From NCBI RefSeq assembly GCF_001194135.2, contig NC_068994.1, positions 30,248,834 through 30,300,025 of the forward strand: a stretch of DNA of 51,192 bases. The letters run 5' to 3'. The notes beneath the pieces are model-generated. The model was not told the DNA's origin, did no database searches, and worked only from the letters and a program-made list of their open reading frames with translations. Below, piece after piece: positions 38,091 to 46,149 of the stretch. Position 1 is the first letter of the stretch. Each line of letters begins with the position of its first letter. The stretch is from Octopus bimaculoides (taxonomy: Eukaryota). The translations under genes and the position numbers were made by a program.

Positions 38091-38423
38091 CTAGCATATT
38101 GAAAAAATCCGAAGATTAAAATTATATTACATACAAAAATAAGAGGGATGACCAGCAAAAGTGGACTCCTGCAGATATTTATGTAAATTTTAACAGGTGA
38201 AACCATGGTACGTAGGTTAATCGTTTTTATTTAGTATTTTTTCATTTGTCTTGCTCTTTTACAGTCTGTTGTGTCGCTGAATTTTTACTGAGAACATATA
38301 TTTTTTTCGTGGTTAGATGATTCGGCATCTATTTCTAGCATGTAGGAGTCCACTTTTGCTGGTCATCCCTCTTATTTTTGTATGTAATATAATTTTAATC
38401 TTTGGATTTTTTTAATATGCTAG
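38091..38423. repeat. Inverted repeat with 83-bp arms (38091-38173, 38341-38423)
   Basis: Arms align by eye with 3 differences, all G versus A. The left arm abuts an assembly gap. Confidence 0.75.
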
Positions 38424-38857
38424 ACCACTGGTTCAAATTGATTAATATCCATTTCTACCCTCATAAATAAATTTATATACATACATACAATTATAACAAG
38501 TGTTATATATATACATAATTATAATAAGTGCGAGTGTGGATGGATATTGCACGAGCGAAGTTGCAGCTCGTTCACATATTCATGGACACTCGTGAATTTA
38601 TGCTATGGAATACTGGTGCTGATGAAGGCAATAGGTAATATTCTTTACTTTAAGCTGGAAACAGGATCTTGTATGTGGTTAACCAAAAGTTTTAATTCAT
38701 TTTCTTTCTTTTGCTAACCTATTATGTGGTGTGTTATTCTCAGAGAATTTATGGTGCTAATAATGCCTTTTGACATCTACTATTTTTAGTGCGTGGTGAG
38801 GCACAAGCCAAGCCCTTGTTATATGTATATAATTATAAAATATTTGTAAAATTTACC

Positions 38858-40120
38858 TAGGGTTGGAAAAAATAATGGAAACACCTTAAAATTTCAAACA
38901 AATTTATTTTAACATGGGGTAGGACCACCTTAGCTAGTAATTACAGCTTGAATTCTATGAGGTATGGACTCGTACAAAGTTTGAATTGTTTCCAATGGGA
39001 TTTTTGTCCATTCTTCAGCAAAAACAGTCTCCAGTTCTTGTAGTGATGATGGTGGAGGATATCAGCTCCTTATTTGTTTTTCTAAAATGCACCATAAATG
39101 TTCAATAATATTGAGATCTGGAGACTGTGGTGGCCAAATAAGATGTTCAACTTCACTAGAATGTTCCTTGTGCCATTTAGTAACAACTTTAGCTGTGTGA
39201 ATTGGTGCATTATCATCCTGAAAGATTGTGTTTCCCTCCAGAAACAGTTCTGCAACCACAGAATGAATTTTATCAGATAAAATGCTTAAATAGTCTTGAC
39301 TATTATTTCTGCCATGATGGGAAACTATTGGGCCGGCGGGTTTCCAAGATATAGCTCACCAGATCATCACAGATTCTCTTCCATGTTTAACGGTTGGAAG
39401 AAGGCAGTCTGGGTCAAATGCTTCTTTTGGCTATCTCCACATGTATACTCGGCTGGTGGTCGGAAATAAGGTAAAGAATGACTCGTCCGAGAAAATAACA
39501 TTCTTCCACTGCTCTAGGGACCAATTCTGTAAGTTTTTACTCCACTCTAAACGCTTTGCAATGTTTGTTTTTGAAAGTAGTGGTTTTCTGATTGTAACCC
39601 TCCCATAAAATCTGGCTTTGCGCAGCTCCCGGCGAACAATTTTTGTGGAAACTGGGTTCTCGAGGTGGTTATGAAGCTCTGCAGCAATTTTGGAAGCTGT
39701 AGTTTTGTGTTCCTTTCTAACAATTTGCGAAAAAGTCTGAAGGTCCCTATCTGAAAGTTTTGGTTTTCTTCTAGATTTTCGTTTCGACGAGTAGGTTTTC
39801 TGTGTTTCTCAAAGGCTGTCATTACTTTTGAGACAGCATTTCTTGATACACCAGACATTTCGGCTGTTTTCGTTACGCTAGCGCCTACCATACGAGCACC
39901 TGCAATTTGACCTCTTTGAAAGCCCGATAGATCTGTCATTTTAATGAATTTTAATTACCTTTTTGTGATGATATCTGAAAAGAAACAGCAATTTTAGCAA
40001 AACATATTAAGCAACACTAATAATAAATCAAAAAACATAAAAACAAACAAGCTTGAGACGGTTTTATAGATATTTCAAAATTATGATGCTAGGTGTTTCC
40101 ATTATTTTGTCCAACCCCTA
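38858..40120 (-). mobile_element. Tc1/mariner DNA transposon, full length (~1.26 kb), DD36E type
   Basis: TIRs TAGGGTTGGAAAAAATAATGGAAACACCT (38858-38886) and the reverse complement of AGGTGTTTCCATTATTTTGTCCAACCCCTA (40091-40120), TA-flanked, with a transposase remnant between them. Confidence 0.92.
38909..39939 (-). pseudogene. Inactivated Tc1-family transposase (frameshift and in-frame stops)
   Basis: MTDLSGFQRGQIAGARMVGASV (HTH), VIFSDES, PTVKHG, FQDDNAPIHTA, WPPQSPDLNIIEHLW, GGPTPC. 36 residues counted between the second catalytic D and the E. Confidence 0.9.
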
Positions 40121-40141
40121 TATATATATATATATATATAT

Positions 40142-42009
40142 TCCAAAATAAATACAAGTAGAGAAGAATGGGAAATCTTTAATAATCTCAAGGAGGATGA
40201 CAACATAATTATAAAAGAAGCCAACAAAGGGAGTGCTGTAGTAATCATGGGCTCAGAAAAATACATAAACAATACTTACTATGAAAAAAATCAACAACTA
40301 CAGTCAATCCAAGATAAAGACCAAACTGTCTACCCTTATCCAACAATTCCAACAAGGTCTAACAAAAAAGGAGACAAATTACTTAACTAGATTTGACTGC
40401 AAAACCAGTAACTTCCCAAAATCCACAGAAGTGAGGCTATAAAAAGCCTGTAACAAATCAACTTCTATAGTCATAAATATTCCACACCTGAGAGATCTCA
40501 AAATGAGACCAATTGTGGCCGGTCCCTTGTGTGAGTCACACAGACTCAGTAACTTTACTGACATCCTCCTTAAACCTATTCTCCAACATATACCAAGCTT
40601 TATACAAGATGATCAGGACTTTTTAAACCATCTCTCAAACAAAACCAGCAAAAACTCCCTCTTGGTTTCATTCGATGTAATAAACCTCTACACCTAGATT
40701 CCTCAAGAATACAGAATAATAGCCATACAATATTGGCTGGAAAAATTCCCAAATGACATTCCTGACCGAATCGGAAAAGAATTCATCACCGAAGGAATAA
40801 AATTCATCCTATAGAACAACTTCTTCAATTTCAACAAAAACACTTATAGTCAAAAATTGGGCATGGCGATGGGAACGAGGGTAGCCCCTACTTTCGCCAA
40901 TCTTGTCATGGCATACTTGGAAGTCCAAATATATACGAACATACCAGACTGAAATTTTGAGACAACTACCAAAAATATTTACTCATCAACTGGAAACACT
41001 ACCTGGATGACTGTTTCATCCTGTGGCCACATAACCTTGAACAACTCTCAAAATTTAAAAACTTAACCAACAGCATTAACCATAGTATCCAGTTTACAAT
41101 GGAATACAGCCACAAACAACTACTCTTCTTGGACATCTTAATAATAAAGAGAGATAGTGAAATTGAAACAGACATCTTCGAACCAACAGACTCAAAGCAA
41201 TATCATTTATTCTCCTCTTGCCACCCAAAACATATTAAAATAAATATACCGTTCAACTTAGCGAGAATTCTGAAACCCGAGAAAAGCGACTCCAAGAACT
41301 TAAAAACACATTACTAGATAGAAAAATACCTGTCAGTCTAATCAAAAATGGAATAGAACGTGCAGAAATGATAGACACCCAAGAGTTACGGAAAACAAGA
41401 AAACACCATGACACACTTAAAACTGTATCTTTCATATCAACATACAATCCAAGAAACATGGAAGCATACATCATCCACCAAAACATACCCCTCCTTATGA
41501 AGGACCTGCAAATGAAAAAGGCACTGGAAACACAAGATTATTAAAAGCAAGAGACAACTGCAATCCCTAAAAAAAAATTACTCACTAAAAATACAACTGC
41601 AAAAGTCAAAAAGTGCAACCGCCCTAACTGTGGAACTTGCATCTTCCTCTTAGAGGATTAAACATACAAATTTAAGTCAGGTCAAACTTTTACCATAAAA
41701 TATGACTTCACCTGTGCTTCGAAGAACTTAATCTGTGTTCTCAAATGTGGAGGGTGTGGTGGGGACTACATAGGTCGAACTAGCTTAACTTTGAGGGAGA
41801 GACTTACAGTGCACAGGCAACAAATCTGGGACCCCGCCACTAGGAAAATTCCTGTAAGCAATCACCTAGACCAATGCCCCGTAGACATAAACCCTAAATA
41901 CCAAATCTTCCCTCTCTATCAATACACTGGAAACACTTCAACCCAGTTCTGCTTAAATAAGGAAAACATACTGATTAAAAAATATAAACCACAGCTGAAT
42001 ATCCTTTAG
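40142..42009 (+). mobile_element. Penelope-like retroelement PLE-1 (RT + GIY-YIG), 5'-truncated and degraded
   Basis: IIIKEANKGSAVVIM, LPKIH, RPIVAG, LVSFDVINLYT, GMAMGTRVAPTFANLVM, YLDDCFILW, FLDILI, SSCHPKH, KKCNRPNCGTC, FTCASKNLI...CGGCGGDYIGRT. Confidence 0.92.
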
Positions 42010-42684
42010 AAAGAAGAAAAAGCAGTAAAAAGAAAAGAAAAAAGACTCAATTTCAACACAAAAAAAAAACAACTAGGAACAACAAAAAAACTTTTTAAAA
42101 AACTTTAGTAACAATCTTCCATCCGGGTTCTGAAACAGCAATTCCAAATCACCATACAAGCACCAGTCGCTGACGTCACCTGACTCCTGACCTATCAAAA
42201 ACGAACTTCAGCAATTACAACAAAATGACCTTTTATGAGAACCAACCAACTGGAACAACTGATGACCGTCTCCACAGGGAAGCCAAGCAAGCAGAACAAG
42301 CCTGACCACCAAAAAAACGTCACCAGCACTTTAACGAATCAAAAATCAGATCCACTCGCAGAAAAGATTATAAATACATATGATCCCAAAACATACCACT
42401 ACTCTATGGAAAGAGGATCAGAGAAACTGTAAACCAAATTCCTTTTTTTTTTACTATTTTTATTTCTCCCTTGTTTTTTTTTCCCCCTCTGAACTCAGTA
42501 TGACTTGTTGATCACCACTATAATGAACTTTGAAACAAATTGATATAGTTTTAATATTATTGACTGTTATGAACATGTTAATTTGTCAACATTGAAACTT
42601 TTAAAAATGTTTTTCTAATTCATAGTTTTAAACTTTTACCACTGATAAACAAAGATGATTTTCTAATTTGCAATTTTGAACTTT

Positions 42685-42726
42685 TACCATTGCTAAACAA
42701 AAAACATTGTTGAAACTAGTTTGGTA
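42685..42726 (+). ncRNA. Degenerate type I hammerhead-like fold in the 3' region of PLE-1
   Basis: Stem I TACCA/TGGTA, core TTGCTAA in the CUGANGA position, stem II ACAA/TTGT, GAAA, palindromic ACTAGT stem III, GUU triplet. Confidence 0.4.
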
Positions 42727-42829
42727 TATATGTAAGTAAATGTATTTTAAACAATTACGAGTTTTTGAAATTTAGGTGCATTTTCAACAACACATATCTA
42801 TGTGTATGTATATATATATATATATATAT

Positions 42830-43020
42830 GGGAGAATATACGAAAAAACAACAACAAACGAGGACAGGTGGTGTAAATAACAAAAGGATGTATTAGTATG
42901 ACGCTCGGGAATACGGAAAGTCTTTGACGTTTCGAGCTACGCTCTTCAACAGAAAGAATACGGAGACAAGGAGAAAAACACGGAGAAAAAAAATTGAATA
43001 GTGTCCAGTCAACGGTCAAT
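42830..43020 (-). mobile_element. Hammerhead-module repeat, copy 2 (best preserved)
   Basis: Minus strand: ...TCTTTCTGTTGAAGAGCGTAGCTCGAAACGTCAAAGA...GAGCGTCATACTAATACATCC...TATTCTCCC, then (AT)n. Confidence 0.7.
42921..42957 (-). ncRNA. Minimal type I hammerhead ribozyme-like motif with A6-to-U core variant
   Basis: UCUUU-CUGUUGA-A-GAGC(GUA)GCUC-GAAA-CGUC-AAAGA: 5-bp stem I, 4-bp stem II, palindromic ACGU stem III and GUC site, the layout of PLE-associated minimal hammerheads. Confidence 0.65.
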
Positions 43021-43040
43021 CATTATATATACATACACAA

Positions 43041-43071
<31 letters not shown>

Positions 43072-43150
43072 CATATACACACATACATATATATACATAC
43101 ATATATATACATACACACACACACACACACATAATGCCTTAATTATATAT

Positions 43151-43274
43151 GAGAATAACTAACAGCTTGCACACATTAAACAAACAAACATAACAGCCAG
43201 GTTTGCGTTTAAAATATTCCAGTAACATTGCCGTGGCATGCGACAGGCATTTTGTGACGGGTTAACATTGGCGT

Positions 43275-43280
<6 letters not shown>
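43151..43280 (+). repeat. Unclassified repeat X, copy 2 (5'-truncated)
   Basis: ACAGCTTGCACACATTAAACAAACAAACAT...GCGACAGG...GACGGGTTAACATTGGCGTGCACAC. Confidence 0.7.
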
Positions 43281-43313
<33 letters not shown>

Positions 43314-43331
43314 CACACATACATATATACA

Positions 43332-43470
43332 GGGAGAGAACTCACAAAAAACAAAAAAAACAAGATGAAGACTGGTGGTGTAGACAACAAACAGATGTAT
43401 TAGTTTAACGCTCAGGAAGTGAAAAAATCTTTTAACGTTTTGAGCCTACGCTCTTCCACAGAAAGAAACA
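43332..43470 (-). mobile_element. Hammerhead-module repeat, copy 3
   Basis: Minus strand: TCTTTCTGTGGAAGAGCGTAGGCTCAAAACGTTAAAAGA...GAGCGTTAAACTAATACATCTGTTTGTTGTCTACACCACC...TTCTCTCCC, then a TA/CA microsatellite. Confidence 0.65.
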
Positions 43471-43643
43471 CAAACAAAATATTTTTTTTAGGTGTTTTAA
43501 TTAATTTACATTACACATTTCGCTTTTTTTGAAAAACCTTATCAAAAATGAGTATAAAATATGTGAGAAAAGAAGAGGGCTTTTAATAAAATAAAATTGA
43601 AATTAAAATTAAGAATGACATTCATAGTTTACAGTTATTTCTT

Positions 43644-43689
43644 GCATGCGCACGTGGTCCTTTCGTTCCGTTGTGAAGGCATGGTAATT
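43644..43689 (+). promoter_or_regulatory. Candidate promoter motif pair (NRF1-like GCATGCGCA overlapping E-box CACGTG) followed by ATG and a donor-like GTAATT
   Basis: GCATGCGCACGTGG at 43644-43657 in a locally CpG-containing patch; ATG at 43681-43683 and GTAATT at 43684-43689. Motif match only. Confidence 0.25.
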
Positions 43690-44039
43690 CCAACTCGCTG
43701 TGATAGTAGATTACTACTATCTGTTTTTGTAAATTAAATAGTGGTCAAGACTTCTAGGAGTGGTTGTAGCCATCGAATAACCAGCAGCAGTAATGATAAT
43801 AACAATAGTAGTAGTAGTAGTAGTAGTCGTCATGGTGAAATTGTTACCCCTATGGTTTTAATAGAAATCGGGTTCTTCGATCCCCTTTGTTTATTTCTTA
43901 TGAATAACTTGCAAATCTACATATAAATATATAAAAGGTTTAGATTTAGATTCAAAATTGAATATGGTACTTATGTTTAGGCACCAGAATATAGTATGGT
44001 ATGGTATTATACAAAAACCATTCCAAAAACGAGGTGATC

Positions 44040-44463
44040 AAAAAATCAAAATAAGCAACACGGATTTTAAAGATGATTGCAGTACGCACGTTTCATGCTA
44101 CTCCATTTATTTAAGTAATGCGAGCATTACATTAAATGCAATATGTAGAGCAATCTTCAGCTGCACGAAAATGCAGAAAATTACAGTAGAATAGACATAT
44201 TAGAATTGTGGCAAGATTTCAAATCCAAGTGGGAAGAAGAATACATAAAAATCCATCTTGACATAGCCAAGGCTATCAGGCTAGTCAGTTGCCACAATTA
44301 TAATATGTCTATTCTACTGTAATTTTCTGCATTTCCGTGCAGCTGAAGATTGCTCTACATATTGCATTTAATGTAATGCTCGCATTACTTAAATAAGTGG
44401 AGTAGCATGAAACGTGCATACTGCAATCATCTTTAAAATCCGTGTTGCTTATTTTGATTTTTT
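44040..44463. repeat. Near-perfect inverted repeat with 175-bp arms (44040-44214, 44289-44463) and a 74-bp spacer
   Basis: Arms align by eye with 4 substitutions and no indels. Confidence 0.92.
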
Positions 44464-44539
44464 TATAAATATATAAAAATATATATGAAAGTCTCAGTGT
44501 AGCTAGTTTAGAGAATTTAGACTTGGTCGGTATTTTCTT

Positions 44540-45682
44540 ATAAAAAATATTTCCTTGCTAATGCGTTCATTTTAGCTAGCATTGTCTTTGTATTTGTATA
44601 GTGGAAATGTTGTGAATTTGGGAAATTTGTTGTAAGCACATTCGTCGATGTGCTGGCTGAGAGGTATTTTCCTGTTTTCTGGGATCCTAATTTGGGATTT
44701 GTATACCACCATCTTCTGACGTAGGCTGTTTTTAGTGTGTCCAATATATTGCCGTTTGCATCCAGAGCATGTAATTAGGTAGATCAAGTTCTCCGATGCA
44801 CATGTAAAATTAGTTTTTACTTTGAAATTATGGCCTTGTTCTAATCGATGTTCCGATCCTTCTATTACGTTGACACAAATCCCACAGTTGGGTCTCCCGC
44901 ATTTTTTTACTGTAGGTTTTGTGGTTATTGTTGAGTGTAATTTGGCCTGGGTTAAAATCTTTTTCATTGATTTTGGTTGCCTCTTACTTTTGATGATTGT
45001 ATGTGTTTTGAGGATTTGGTTCATTTTTGTATCTTTCTTGAGTAGAGCTGTGCTGTGGAGTATGTTGTTGAAGGCCTCATTGTTGTGTGTGGAGATGTAA
45101 GGTAGGGTTTTTAATTTTTCTTCCTTCTTGGGTCTTGGTTGTCTAAGTTCTTGTGTATTTAATTGAAGTACTCTTTGGATCGTATTTTCGATTAAGGGCT
45201 GTGGATAGTTTCTATTTATGAGTGTGGATTTCAATTCCTGGAGTCGTGTATAACGGGTGTCTGCATCTGATACTATAGTGCATATTCTTTTGGCTAAGCA
45301 AAATGGGATATTAGTCCTGGTGTGTCTCGGGTGGCAAGAATCAAATAGTAGGTACTGTTTCGAGTCAGTGGGTTTATAATAGATGTCTCTATCTTGTTCC
45401 CGACTTTCTTTATGAGGATATCTAAAAACGGTAGTTGTTAATTGTTGTATTCCATCGTAAATTGGAGGTTTTTGTTTATTCCATTTAGAAGTGTTTGGAA
45501 TTCGTTGAGTCTTTCTATACTTTCATTCCAGAGGATGAAACAGTCATCGAGATATCTTTTCCAGTTGTTTTGTATGTAGGTGGAAAAGGAGCTTCCATAT
45601 TTCTCGAGTGTTCTCTGGTATAGTTTAATCTTGAGATAGCCCATTACCAGGTTCTCCAAAGTAGGCGCAGTCCGTGTTCCCA
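44540..45682 (-). mobile_element. Penelope-like retroelement PLE-2 fragment (RT C-terminal half + GIY-YIG)
   Basis: GTRTAPTLENLVMGYL, WKRYLDDCFILW, LQFTMEY, TLPYISTHN, KKCGRPNCGIC, FTCASENLIYLITCSGCKRQYIGHT, KIPLSQHIDEC. Confidence 0.92.
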
Positions 45683-45893
45683 ATTTTATACTTATTTTTG
45701 ATAAGGTTTTAAAAAAAAAAAACGAAACATGTAATGTAAATTAATTAAAACAGCCCCAAATTTTTTTAAAAAAAAGTGGCATTTTCATTTATCTTTAATA
45801 CATATATACATACATAAATATATACACATAAATACACACACACACACATATATATATATTTATACATACGTGTGGGTCTATATATATATATAT

Positions 45894-46149
45894 CGTAGTC
45901 AAGGCAATGTGTGAATTAATTGAATATTAAGTGTTCACTGATGACTGTTGTCGATATATACTTGTCGAACATTGATAAGCGAAGACATGTATAAAAATTA
46001 TATTGACTCACTTATATAAGAGAATCACCAACAACTTGCACACATTAAATAAACAAACATGACAGCCAAATTTGAGTCTAAAATAGTTTAATAATAGTGT
46101 CATGGCGTGCGACAGGGTATTTCGCGACGGGTTAACGTTGCCGCGCACC
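45894..46149 (+). repeat. Unclassified repeat X, copy 3
   Basis: CGTAGTCAAGGCAATGTGTGAATTA...ACTTGCACACATTAAATAAACAAACAT...GCGACAGGGTATTTCGCGACGGGTTAAC. Confidence 0.7.

Noticed and set aside
38168-38216. CTGCAGA...GAAACCATGGTA as a hammerhead
   Set aside because: Stem I and stem II cannot be paired.
38619-38680. CTGATGA...GAAACAGGATCTTGTA as a hammerhead
   Set aside because: Canonical core words are present, but stem II does not close next to GAAA and stem I would be only G-U pairs.
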